From Nemertoderma westbladi (lineage: Eukaryota; Animalia; Xenacoelomorpha), in NCBI GenBank assembly GCA_032718475.1, contig JAUCBJ010007517.1, positions 1-64,000 of the forward strand: a stretch of DNA of 64,000 nt, in the 5' to 3' direction. The notes beneath the pieces are model-generated. The model saw only the letters and a program-made list of their open reading frames with translations, did no database searches and was not told where the DNA came from. Shown piece by piece: positions 11,540 to 22,937 of this stretch. Positions within the stretch are counted from its first letter, which is position 1, and each line of letters starts with the position of its first letter. The position numbers and the translations under genes are program-made.

Positions 11540-14500
11540 TTAGGCAGCTATTTCCTCCATTAATGTCCGCAAAAGTTCGTCGGTGAGATACGCGCGGCAT
11601 GGCACTATAAAGTGAAATGCGGTCTTGACACTTCTAATTAATCTCTCCCAACTTCCTCCCCACCAAGGGGCGTCGGCGGCGTTGAAGGTCCAGCTAGACG
11701 CTGTTATCCTTAGCTGATCGTCCACCTGTCTTTGGTTCCAGTCCTTCACGTAAGCCTGGATTTCGTTGTTGGCACCAATGAAGTTCGTTCCCTTGTCCGA
11801 TCTCATGGTATTACTCGTCCCGAAGCGAGCGATCTGTCGGCGTAAACTTAAGACGAAGCTGTTGGTAGATAGATCGTTCACCATATTGAGATGGATGGCT
11901 CTACAAGTCATGCATACGAAGATGACACACCATCTCTTGACTATAGTCCTAGCACGATATACTTCAATAGGGCCAAATAAATCTACACCAGTATTAGTAA
12001 AAGGTGGTTCATAGAAGCTTACTCGTTCCCTAGGTAATTCTGCCTCTTGCTGTGTTAAAGGCCTACTGAATGCTTTCCTACAGGGTATGCAGTTCCTAAG
12101 AACTTGGTTCAGAGCTCTACGGGGTTTATCAAAATAATAGCGAGTTCGAATTTCGCTAAGAACTCGTTCTCTACCAGCATGATAAAGTTTACTGTGAACA
12201 TCTACAATCATCTTGATTTGTACTTCAAGATTTCTAATGAGTATGGGGAATTTAGTGTCAAAGGATAATGGCGCATTGGTGAGCCTTCCTCCAACACGTA
12301 TTAACCCATCTATCATTGTGCTAAAGAAGCGATCCATTAAGCGCATCTGCGGATTTCTCAGCAACAGGAAATACTTATCGGAATCCTCATAGCATTGCAG
12401 GAGTCTCAGTATCTGCTTATTGGTTTCTTCATGCTCCTGGTAACTAATTTTCTCCTTTAGAAACCGGTCGGATGTCTTATATTTGGGTAAATTTTTAATA
12501 ACATGAACTTGCGCAGATGTCAATGCAGCGGTATCACTAATGGTCTTCGTCCTGGAGTAGTGATGATGAAAACATCTCCTTAAATACGTGACGGCTTTAC
12601 AGAGCCGATTCCAGGAACTGTAGTGATGCATTGCTCTCTGCAGCAGGGGTGAGATTCCTTGCGAGACGTCTGGTGTTCCAGATTTCCAATCTCTATCTCT
12701 AATTTCCACAACAGACTTATTTGTGGCGAGGAATTGTGGATCCGAAGCATCGTTTCCGGAAGTATGTAATACAGATAGATCGATCGTCGGTTTAAATAAC
12801 TTCGATTTACTCGCCCGGGTTTTAGGTTTGACTTTCTCTGCTCCCTTGGCTTGTCTAATCTCCGCCGTAGTAAGGTGAGGAGGCCATTCATCCTCTTCCT
12901 TACTCAGGAAGTCGGGTCCACCCAACCAGTCTGGAGTATCTATCAGTTCCTGTGGAGTCGCTCCCCTGGAGGCGATATCGGCTGGATTAATCGTACCAGG
13001 GCAATGTCTCCATTGATCTATCTTTGTGCGACTAAGAATAATAGCTACCCTGTTAGTAACAAAAACGCTGAACTGACAGACTTCATTGGTTATATACTCC
13101 AACACGAGTAAAGCGTCGGTCCAATAAACAGTTTTCTCCAGTAGATAGTCGATTTGTTCTGTTACGTTCCGGCCGATGGCTGTAGCGTATAAAGCCGCTT
13201 TTAACTCCGCTCGAGGAACCTTTAACTTGTTGTTAATCAATGCCTTAGAGGTAACCAAGGCGACTTTGATTCCATCCGGAGTTTCGACTCGCAGATATGC
13301 TACTATACCGATTCCCATGTCGCTGGCGTCTCCAAACACATGGAGTTGATAGGAATAAGTAGGGAGAACATGACCAAAATATGCACGGGAAATTATAAAG
13401 CTCTCGATGGCAGGTAGAGAATCTTCCCATTTCATCCATTTCTTTAACAGTTCTCCCTTAAGCGGATCGTCCCATGAGTGGTTTTCAAGCCACATTTGTT
13501 GTACTAAACTCCGAGCAATCAATATAACTGAGCTAATAAATCCCAATGGGTCGAAATAAGTGCTCAGGATACTTAAACAAATCCGTTTGGTCCGAACTGG
13601 ATTATCTCGCTGTTTTAGCTGAAAAAACAGGATATCTCTTTCAGTGTCCCACTTCAAGCCAAGCGTCTTGGTTTCTGGAAGATCGTCCTTTATTAAGTCT
13701 AGATCTTTCGTTCCTCGGTCTTCTACCGGTATCGCTTCCAGAAACTCACGGGAGTTGCTGGTGAATTTCGTCAGTCGAAATCCACCTCTTTTCAAACACT
13801 CTACCGTTCCTTTCGCGACATCAATGGCTTCTTCTACTGATGGAAGGGACCTTAAATTGTCGTCCATGTATATATTACGCTTGATGTTGTCTATCACCTC
13901 TTTTGAGAAGGCGTCTCGGTTGTCATTCGCAGTGGTTCGCACCACGGAGCAGGCGTTGGAAGGGCTTGATATGATCCCAAAAGCCTGGATGGTCATCCAG
14001 TACTCTACCGGTTTCTGGTTGAGGTCTCCTTCAGGCCACCACAGAAATCTCAGGCTGTCTCTATCTCTATCCAGCGCCTTGACTTGTAAGAACATTCCTT
14101 CTATATCGGAGGCGAACGCGATGGAATATTGTCTTAATCTTAAAAGTATTCCCAACAAAGATTGTAGTAAGTTGGGTCCTGGTAACAACTCGGAATTGAG
14201 GGATTGGCCCATATATAGAGCGGAGCCATCGAATACGACTCGTACTTCATGGGGTTTACCGGGTTTGGGAACGTAATGATGTGTTAAGTAATACGTTCTC
14301 TCAGTTACTGGTGTTCCGTCCGGTACTCGCTCCGCGTATCCCTTTGTAATAAATTTCTTCAACTGAGTTTGGTACATTTCTTTAGCTGAAGCATTAACCG
14401 TAAGGCATCGATGTAATTGAGTGATTCTTTTTTCTGCCAAGGGTCTGTTATTTATAAATCTAGGTTCTCGTTTTCGAAATGGTAGGCCGATTTCATATCT

Positions 14501-15595
14501 ACCTTGGTCCTTTAAAAAACGTGTAGTTGTTTCCTGGATTTGCTTGGCTCTTTCTTCTTCTATCGATAGGGCCTTATCGTATGAATTAGGCTCTACCAAT
14601 TCTTGAGTAAAGAATCGTACGGCGAGTTCGTCCCGAGTCCTAGCGTTGTAGCGCTCTATCTCATCATTTAGTTCGTCATTGTAATCAATGGGTCCCGATG
14701 GGCGAATCAGTTGACATAGGTTCACCTGGTTTTTCCAAGTTTTGTTTTCTGTAAGTAGGTCGATTGTGTTCTCTTCATCGAAGAGTTGGTAGATGTCGTC
14801 ATTATCTGAGGAGTATGGTGCTCCCTCAGTTAGTTCGTCCACCTCACTGCTCTCCACTTCCCAATCGTTTACTTGGTATATTCGTTCTTGTGGCATTCTC
14901 TCTTCGAGAGTTTTGCGGGAAGGGCCAGTAAAGTACCAACCTACTCTAGTTCTTACCGCATAGGTTTGCAGCGGCTGCGGTTGAGCTGGCCGTTTCTCCA
15001 ATGTCTCGAGCGCCTCATGCGCGTTTTGGCCGATGAGTATTTGCACTCCAGGATAATCTGTCTGGAATCGAGGTATCTTAAGATGTTGGATGCTCTCATC
15101 CTCGTCCCAATTATAAAGGTCTGCTTGGGTAGTAGCGAAGTTCTTTATAGCCACCATTTTTACAGACTTTATACCTTGTGCTCCTAATTTATCCTGGGAG
15201 GTGGACAACACACCTACATAGTAGTCTGCCGTTAGGGTAGATTTCCAAACCTGCATAATTCCTGACATATTCAATTTAGTCCGGAATTTGGGTTGTCCAG
15301 CAAAGATATCTTCGGCTAGTTCTTGATCGATGAATGTTCCTGTGCTGCCGGAGTCAAGGAGGGCGTTCACTATGTAACTTTTGTTAGGACCGTGAACTCT
15401 TACCTGCACTACAGGAAATTCTCTGATTCCTACGTTGGAAGTTGGAGCTTTCCAAGATGGTTGTCTGGCAAAAGTAGTTGGGGGAAACTCATTGTCGGTG
15501 TCCTTTTCGTAAGTAAGTGCTCGATACACTGCGGTATTTATTAGGTAACAGGATTCGTTGGCGTCGGAGAATTCGTCAGTATAGAATCCTTCCAT
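11540..15595 (-). CDS. pol: Bel/Pao pol of A copy 1: protease, RT, RNase H, integrase (C-terminus deleted)
   Basis: LLDSGS, YMDD, LHVFGDAS, H..YH..CIPC, GVDLFGP, SDKGTNF, WERL; ends at a deletion relative to copy 2. Confidence 0.95.
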   Translation of the reverse strand: MEGFYTDEFSDANESCYLINTAVYRALTYEKDTDNEFPPTTFARQPSWKAPTSNVGIREFPVVQVRVHGPNKSYIVNALLDSGSTGTFIDQELAEDIFAGQPKFRTKLNMSGIMQVWKSTLTADYYVGVLSTSQDKLGAQGIKSVKMVAIKNFATTQADLYNWDEDESIQHLKIPRFQTDYPGVQILIGQNAHEALETLEKRPAQPQPLQTYAVRTRVGWYFTGPSRKTLEERMPQERIYQVNDWEVESSEVDELTEGAPYSSDNDDIYQLFDEENTIDLLTENKTWKNQVNLCQLIRPSGPIDYNDELNDEIERYNARTRDELAVRFFTQELVEPNSYDKALSIEEERAKQIQETTTRFLKDQGRYEIGLPFRKREPRFINNRPLAEKRITQLHRCLTVNASAKEMYQTQLKKFITKGYAERVPDGTPVTERTYYLTHHYVPKPGKPHEVRVVFDGSALYMGQSLNSELLPGPNLLQSLLGILLRLRQYSIAFASDIEGMFLQVKALDRDRDSLRFLWWPEGDLNQKPVEYWMTIQAFGIISSPSNACSVVRTTANDNRDAFSKEVIDNIKRNIYMDDNLRSLPSVEEAIDVAKGTVECLKRGGFRLTKFTSNSREFLEAIPVEDRGTKDLDLIKDDLPETKTLGLKWDTERDILFFQLKQRDNPVRTKRICLSILSTYFDPLGFISSVILIARSLVQQMWLENHSWDDPLKGELLKKWMKWEDSLPAIESFIISRAYFGHVLPTYSYQLHVFGDASDMGIGIVAYLRVETPDGIKVALVTSKALINNKLKVPRAELKAALYATAIGRNVTEQIDYLLEKTVYWTDALLVLEYITNEVCQFSVFVTNRVAIILSRTKIDQWRHCPGTINPADIASRGATPQELIDTPDWLGGPDFLSKEEDEWPPHLTTAEIRQAKGAEKVKPKTRASKSKLFKPTIDLSVLHTSGNDASDPQFLATNKSVVEIRDRDWKSGTPDVSQGISPLLQRAMHHYSSWNRLCKAVTYLRRCFHHHYSRTKTISDTAALTSAQVHVIKNLPKYKTSDRFLKEKISYQEHEETNKQILRLLQCYEDSDKYFLLLRNPQMRLMDRFFSTMIDGLIRVGGRLTNAPLSFDTKFPILIRNLEVQIKMIVDVHSKLYHAGRERVLSEIRTRYYFDKPRRALNQVLRNCIPCRKAFSRPLTQQEAELPRERVSFYEPPFTNTGVDLFGPIEVYRARTIVKRWCVIFVCMTCRAIHLNMVNDLSTNSFVLSLRRQIARFGTSNTMRSDKGTNFIGANNEIQAYVKDWNQRQVDDQLRITASSWTFNAADAPWWGGSWERLIRSVKTAFHFIVPCRAYLTDELLRTLMEEIAA

Positions 15596-15618
15596 CTCAG
15601 ACTCTTGATCAGTGTCAT

Positions 15619-18600
15619 TTACATCACTGAATTGGACATGTAGTTCGGGCTCACTCGGTTGTCTCGTTCGAACTCACTGTGTAACAAGATGTGATGTTTC
15701 GCGCCACACTTTGCACACTTTACGTCGGAGTAACAGGTTCGCCGTTGGTGTCCTGATCTGAGGCAATTATAGCATAACCGCTTATCCCACATGACTGCAC
15801 GTCTGTCTACAAGGGATTTCTTTAGAAATTCCGCACACGCACTCAAACGGTGGGTCTCGTCGCACAGCGCACAGTTTGGTTTGATGTTACTCACTTTACC
15901 TTGGGTAACTTGATGCACTCTCGTTCTTTCTTCGGTCTTTCTTCCGTGCATTCTGTTAGGAGATTGAGGAGGAGTCTTAGCAACCTGTTCTCTCCTATCT
16001 TTGGTTCGAGCCTTGTATTTACTTACGTCCTTTGAGGTTTTGTTAACGTAGTAAAATCGGTCAGTGTCTTTCCCGCTATCTTGAGAAGCTTGGCTTTCGC
16101 CGTCGTCAGTGTAACACACTGGTGTTACTCTTCTCCTAGAAACGGGTTTCTCACTTACCTTATTTTCCGATGTTTTCTCTCTGGACTGCTTGATGAGTTG
16201 TAGTTTTACTTCACCATCTAAGAAGGACATGAGATCAGCCATGGTAGGGCTTCGTCATTGCTGCTCATTCATATACAACACTTTCTTGTCCCATCGTGTA
16301 CATACTCCACCCTTTGGTAAAGTAGAGACTATGGCTCCAATAACCATGGAACTCTGATATTCATGAGACTTACCTAACCAGTCCAACTGTCTACAGATCT
16401 CCTGAATTTCATCGGAAATCTCTATAATCCCGCTACTAAGGAAGTTTCGGGGGGCTACTAATTTTGCATACAAATACTTAGCTATGTTATCCTTATTACC
16501 ATACCTGGTGTTTAATGTATCCCAAACTTGTCTTAATCCATCTGGATGTCCAATAAACTTTAACGCCATTAACTTGGGAGGTCCTTCCAAGCACTTGATG
16601 AGGAATCTAAGTTTCTCTCCGTTAGATAGTACAGAGTTCTGTATGCTATCTTTGTAATATTCATTGAAAGGTAACCATTTCATCTCATCTCCATTGAATT
16701 TGACGATTTCTCCCACTTTGACCGCTTGGCGGGCTTCTGTTCTAGCCATCTGACGCGTGAAGCTTTCTTGGGCCATCGTGTTATTTAATATCGAATTATC
16801 GGTATATGAATTTCTCGGATTATTATCAGGTCTATAGGGAATATCATTAACAACAGGTTTATAATCACCCTTAATAGGGTTTGCTATAGGAGTTTCTACT
16901 TCACTAGCAGTATAGATGCGTGTAGGCTCCACACCTTGCGCATGTAATACTTCAGACCTAACAGGTTGACACAATGTTACTGGGGGTATTGGTATACCCT
17001 TTTGTATATTGACTAATTTGTCGCGTTCTAGCGCGATACTTTGCTGCACTTCTTGCAATTCTGCCCTACTTTCCCTTACTGTTCCCTTAAGTTGGTGGAC
17101 AGTCTCCTGCATCTGTCCGAGCAGGAGATTCATCCCCCGCCGTCCCTCCTCTACCCACTCGACCGCCGAAGCGGGAGTCGCCAACATTGTAGCGGGCCGA
17201 CGCGGGACGACGGGAGACAAATCTTTGATTTCTCTCTCAGCTTCCAGGACAGGGATATTCTCATGGACTGTTCTACCGGGTACAGGCAGTGTAGTACTGT
17301 GTAAAGGGAATTTAGAGTTAAGCTCTGGAAGTACAGGGGTCTCTAGCACAGGAGTGACTTTGGGAACGACAGGCCTAATTATTTCAGGCTCATCAACTAT
17401 AGTAGGGAGTCTTTTGACCTTAATAATTTGGTCTGTAGGTTCTATACTACTTAAGTCTGTGCTAGCTAGTTGTCTTCTAACAGCTGGGGGCAAATCAGGC
17501 AATTTGTGACGGTGAGATGTTTTTCTACGCCTGCTTGGACGAGATCTATTTCCTCCGCCTTCAGGATCGGTAGTTTCGCTTTCCTCCGATGATGTGTATC
17601 CCTGGCGTTTGGGAGTAGATCTTCTCATCATCTGCATTTGACTAGCAGTTAACTGTTTATTTATGTTGTCTTGCGTCTCTTGCAGATTTTCCAACTCCAG
17701 TTGGGTAGTCTCCTCAGACGCTCTCCGTTCTGCTTCTGCCACCGCTGCTTTTCTTTCTGCTTCTGCTTCTGCCGCCGTTGCTTTTCTTTCTGCTTCTGCT
17801 TCTGCCGCCGTTACTGCTGCTGCCTTTCGGTCCTCTATCCGTTTTTTCTTTACTTGTTCTTCTTGGACTCTAGCGAGGCGGAGTTTTTCATCAAATTTAG
17901 CTTGGTTCGCAGCTAACATTTCTGCATCGATTGAGTCCAACACAAGCTTGGCTCCTTCACTATTGGGGCGAAGTCCAGCCAGTCGTCTCCTCAACTCTTC
18001 ATCACCCAAGAAGCGTTGATAGTCTGACAGATAGATGTCTATGGCGTCTCTCGAGGGCGGCTTCTCTGCTGCTGTCTCTTCGCTTTCCACTTGAGAAAGG
18101 GTGGCATCGGTTGGTTCTTCATAGGTTGGTCTCTCAGCCAGCTGGGATTTCCACTGGGCCGTTTCTTGAACTTTGATACCTACCCGCTGGAACCAAGTCT
18201 TGACATCAACCTGCAGTGACGTGTCCTGTCTTCTTTTGGAAGTTTCCTCAAAGGCTGATAGGATTAGTCTAATGCGTAGGGTTCTTTCGCGTACTTGATA
18301 AAGCAGCTCTTCCTGCTCTTGAGGTCCTTGGGGTTGTCGAAACAGTTGTTCTTCCAATCGCTCTAAGGAGCCGAAGAATCCCTGCACATATCCTGCTGCC
18401 GACCTCTTCCAAACAGCTGGATCCATCGTATCTTTAGCCACTCCCATCCTGTGTATATCTTCCCAAGTAGCTTCGGACAAATCTAACGGGAGTCCGGGTC
18501 CGGGAAAGTTCCATTGTGACTCGACAATAGACATCAATTCTTCCCTGGCGTATCCCGCATAACTATCTTGGGTCGCTCGCTTACTTCTCGCCCAATCGAC

Positions 18601-19005
18601 TTGGTGTTCCTCCACCGCAATGAATATAGTAGTTAGTACTGCGGCAGGTAGGGTGAGAAGGGGATCCGAATAGGCTGTAGCCGTCATCTTCACTCCGCGT
18701 TCGGGGGTCAGCTCTACAGTATCCGAACTACTGGAGCTATCGGGTCGCTGGGAACGAGTTTCTTGAATAGGATGTTGCTGCTGTTGGACAGCTGCTTCCT
18801 GGTTCCGTTTGACCTGGGCCCGAGTGCCGATGATAGACCTACGGTGTTGGATTAGCCTAGGGTATGATACTACTACTGGAGGGATGACCTTTCTTTCAGT
18901 AGGAGGTGAGCTGAACCCCTTTCTTAATCGCTCCACACTCCTATCTGTGTCACAGATGGTTGTATCGATTAGACTGTCTGACAGGGTTTGCTGGGTGTCA
19001 GACAT
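15619..19005 (-). pseudogene. gag: Bel/Pao gag of A copy 1, disrupted near 16255 and 15650
   Basis: KFNGD...W..F Pao-type capsid region and three Cys/His knuckles (CALCDETHRLSAC, CYNCLRSGHQRRTC, CAKCGAKHHILLH). Confidence 0.92.
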
Positions 19006-21003
19006 GTTTAGCTATACAGTTGAACGCTTACTGCTATAGTTACAGTTAAAGCAAGTCTAGTAATTCAGTATGACCGTTATTTCATAATATATATATTCAT
19101 AATATGAATATATATATATATATATATATTCATAATAAGCCTATGGTAAATACTGGTATGTCAATTATTTTAGAATAATTGAATTTCTGAAATTTTAGGG
19201 TTACTTGGTTACTTTAACTTACTTTATTACCGTTATTTGAGCAGTAGTCCAACTGATATTGAGACCTAGTTGTTGTATGGCAGGCCTACTATTTATAAAT
19301 CGTTTGAGTTGATTTATAATATATATATACCCGTTTAAAATGGGTTTTGTCAATATTTGAAATAAATGTTATTATTTCTGGGGGGGGTCACTACACAGAA
19401 GCTGTGCGCTCTCAGTGAAGTGCTACTTATTGGACACTAAAACAGATAATTCTAATTTACCTAAGTTACTTAATACTACAAATTACTTACAATACGGGTG
19501 AGATTAAATCTCTAATTAAACACAACAAAAATATTACGTACGAAATTTTAGGGTAATTTTACAGGAAGTCTACAAACCAGCCTAACAAAGGGTTAGAATT
19601 CTGGTTATTACAACGGACAGGGTACTACGGTATTTGAAAATAATAAGTAGTAGTAAATATATTGCACTGTCCAGATAGGAAAATACCACCGCCTGACGAC
19701 CTATAGCCATATCGCTATAGGTACTACGTTATGTATCACGGAGTGTTCCCACCTGGAAGTTAATTACCGCGGACTACCAGATCCAACGTGCCTATTAACC
19801 ACTTTACAACACAATACACTGCTTACACACTAATTACTTTCGGAAAGCACTGTACACTAAACCCTAAATTAGGTACGAGTACTTGTACAACAGATAATCA
19901 GTAGTTAAAAATACTTGAACAGCTAAAAGAACCACGGCATCTGCTGGAGTGACCGGTGCACAAGATCACCAGTCTTTACCTACGCCAAGCAGCCCGTGTA
20001 GTACCGGGGTTAATTTAACTATAACGGTATATATAACAAGCACAATTACTGTAGGAATAAACTTAGGGATATGAATGTTGCGAATAATCGCATAAACTCT
20101 GAATAATAAATATTACGCTACCCGTACAGAATACTCAAACAAAATACAAACCAAACGCTGGCAGACCACCACCAAGCCTAAATAAACTACAGTATGTGCA
20201 GATTCCAAAATGGTTAGTTAGTATGCGTTCTAACATGGTAGTACGACTTATTCTTTAAGAGGGGATTGACCTTACAGCTCTGGCTGCCCCAACTTACTAA
20301 CTGGCACTTTATTAGACAAACTCTACACACGCAGCAATCTCTTCAGACCTAATAATAGCTAGACAACAATCCAGCCTACAAAATATCTGAGTAATAACTA
20401 TTACGGTACCTGAACAGACCACACAAACAAACACAGGCCAAAACGCTGGCAGAATACTGTCAAGCCTAAATAAACTACAGTATATGCAGATTCCAAAATG
20501 GTTAGTTAGTATGCGTTCTAACACGGTAGTACGACTTATTCTTTAGGAGGGGATTGACCTTACAGCTCTGGCTGCCCCAACTTACTAACTGGCACTTTAT
20601 CAGACAAACTCTACACACGCTGTAATCTCTCCAAACCCAACAACAGTCCGACAACAGTCCGGCCTACCAATTGTCTGTATAGACTGAGCAAGCTTACACG
20701 CCTTCTGCTCAATACTGGCCTACAAATAAATAAAACTGACAGAAATAAGTAAGCTCCAAAAGAAACAAGGGGTGTACAGTCCCTAATCTCTTAAACAGCC
20801 TACCGGTATGCAATAATCAAAATCGAATAATACTAATGTACTTATACTGGAAGTAACGGTTATGGCAGTTGGGCCTACGGACCTACAGCAGTACCGGTTC
20901 TGGCAGTTAGGCCTACGGACCTACAGCAGTACCGGTTCAGGTTTACCAGTCGACCGGTACTTTCAACTTTATTGCTTACTGCAATAAAGACAATAACTGT
21001 TAT

Positions 21004-21863
21004 TGTACGCGCTTTTGAAGACCTTTAGCAGTTTAACCTGCTAAAATTTATATGTCTTTTGGTTTATAAATAGACTTTTAGTAAATGACAAGTATTTAAT
21101 ACCAATAAACACAACATTAGCCAAAGCCAGCCTAGTGCGCGTCCATTCACCCGCTGGATATACCCGGGAGACTGGATTCGGATGGGGCTTAGATTTTATT
21201 ATTGCAGTGAAGCCTACTGTATTATTCGATTGATCGTTAATAAATAATTTCTGACCAATATTATTCACTTTCGGGAAATATTAACAGTTCCTTTAGGACG
21301 TGGCGCTCTATCTAGGTAAACAGAGATATGACTTCTACTAAACACAACGGTAAGGCTTATGTTTCACGTATAAGGCGCATTCTTTAGGAAATGCTTTGTT
21401 ATCAGCAACAATCATGCACACTACCGGTACCGCACAATACTGCACACTTATCTGCCGACCGTCAATGAATTTGATCACACATAAAGAGAACAGCAATTGA
21501 CTCATGTAGTGCCTATCAAATAGCATTAGGTTCACTACAAACCACGATAACATAAGTCGCAATCGCTATATGTAACCCGTCTCTCTAACCTGTAGTGTAT
21601 CAAGAAAATTGGGAAATTTGGGTTCTTTATAGATGTTCTCCAAATAATAATATTCAACCATCTGATACAAATAATGACAACAGTAAATAGCAGTATAATA
21701 ATGTATGTTGCAGTGATATAAGACTGCTGCTGATTGCACTGGTTGTACTGGACCGATAACAGTTATACGTTCTATAATCTAAGCCTACTAATGTTTCTTC
21801 TAAAGTCTGAAACGAATTGACTCTAGAGCCGGTGTTCTTGGCCTAGATAAAAAACAACACAAC
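21004..21863 (-). repeat. 5' LTR of A copy 1, lacking the outer ~330 bp of U3
   Basis: Near-identical to 4717-5576; the match stops at CACAAC. Confidence 0.92.
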
Positions 21864-22617
21864 TCAGTACAATCAGTGCTACATTAATGCACGGTGCAAG
21901 TCACTGCAACATACATTATTATACTGCTATTTACTGTTGTCATTATTTGTATCAGTTGGTTGAATATTATTACTTGGAGAACATCGATAAATAACCCGAA
22001 TTTCCCAATTTTCTTGATACACTACAGGTTAGAGAGACGGGTTACATATAGCGATTGCGACTTACATTATCGTGGTTTGTAGTGAATTTAATGCTATTTG
22101 ATAAGCACTACATGAGTCAATTGCTGTTCTCTTTATGTATGATAAAATTCATTGACAGTCGGCAGATTAGTGTGCAGTATTGTGGGTTACCGGTAGTGTG
22201 CATGATTGTGGCTGATAACTAAGCATTTCCTAAAGAATGCGCCTCATACGTGAATCATAAGCCTTACCATCTTACCGTTGTGTTTAGTATAAGTCATATC
22301 TCTGTTTACCTAGATAGAGCGCCACGTCCTAAAGGAACTGTTAATATTTCCCGAAAGTGAAAAATATTCGTCAGAAATTATTTATTAACGATCAATCGAA
22401 TAATACAGTAAGCTTACACTGCAATAAAAATCTAAGCCCTCCGAATCCAGTCTCCCGGGTATATCCAGCGGGTGAATGGACGCGCACTAGGCTGGCTTCG
22501 GCTAATGTTGTGTTTATTGGTATTAAATACTTGTCATATGCTAAAGTCTATTTATAAACCAAAAGACATATAAATTTTGGCAGGTTAAACTGCTAAAGGT
22601 CTTCAAAAGCGCGTACA
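21864..22617 (+). repeat. Inverted, more divergent copy of the family A R-U5 segment forming the element terminus
   Basis: Reverse complement of about 21004-21750; ends GCGCGTACA followed by the TSD. Confidence 0.9.
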
Positions 22618-22854
22618 CATGTAGAGAAGCAATGTGAGACTACCACCACACAATAGTGCAGGAAATGAGATTATACCCAAAAAAATTAAAATAATATTTT
22701 CGACCTACCAGAGCCCAATTTGACCAACTGAATTATAAATACTAAATGAGATAGTACAAGCAACAAACCCTACAATGTAGTTTATATACACTAGGTGTAA
22801 TATTATGGTTTTGTACAGAAGTGGAAAATATGAGAACACGCGTCACGCGTCACG

Positions 22855-22892
22855 CAATACGTACGTTTCGGCCAAACAGGCCTCATCAGTTA
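22855..22892 (-). ncRNA. Minimal type I hammerhead ribozyme motif
   Basis: Minus strand reads CTGATGA GGCC TGTTT GGCC GAAAC GTAC GTA; stem I is only about 3 bp. Confidence 0.7.
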
Positions 22893-22937
22893 GTAGCGCT
22901 AACCAGCTCTGCCACTAGCCCCTGACACGCACACTCC

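Larger units (their letters stand above)
4717..22617 (-). mobile_element. Bel/Pao LTR retrotransposon, family A copy 1
   Basis: TGTA...TACA termini flanked by 5-bp TSD CATGT (4712-4716 and 22618-22622); gag-PR-RT-RH-IN order on the minus strand. Confidence 0.95.

Noticed and set aside
4717-22617. DIRS-like or DNA-transposon interpretation of the terminal inverted repeats
   Set aside because: The element has a DDE integrase, a PPT, a normal 3' LTR and a 5-bp TSD; no tyrosine recombinase or transposase is seen.
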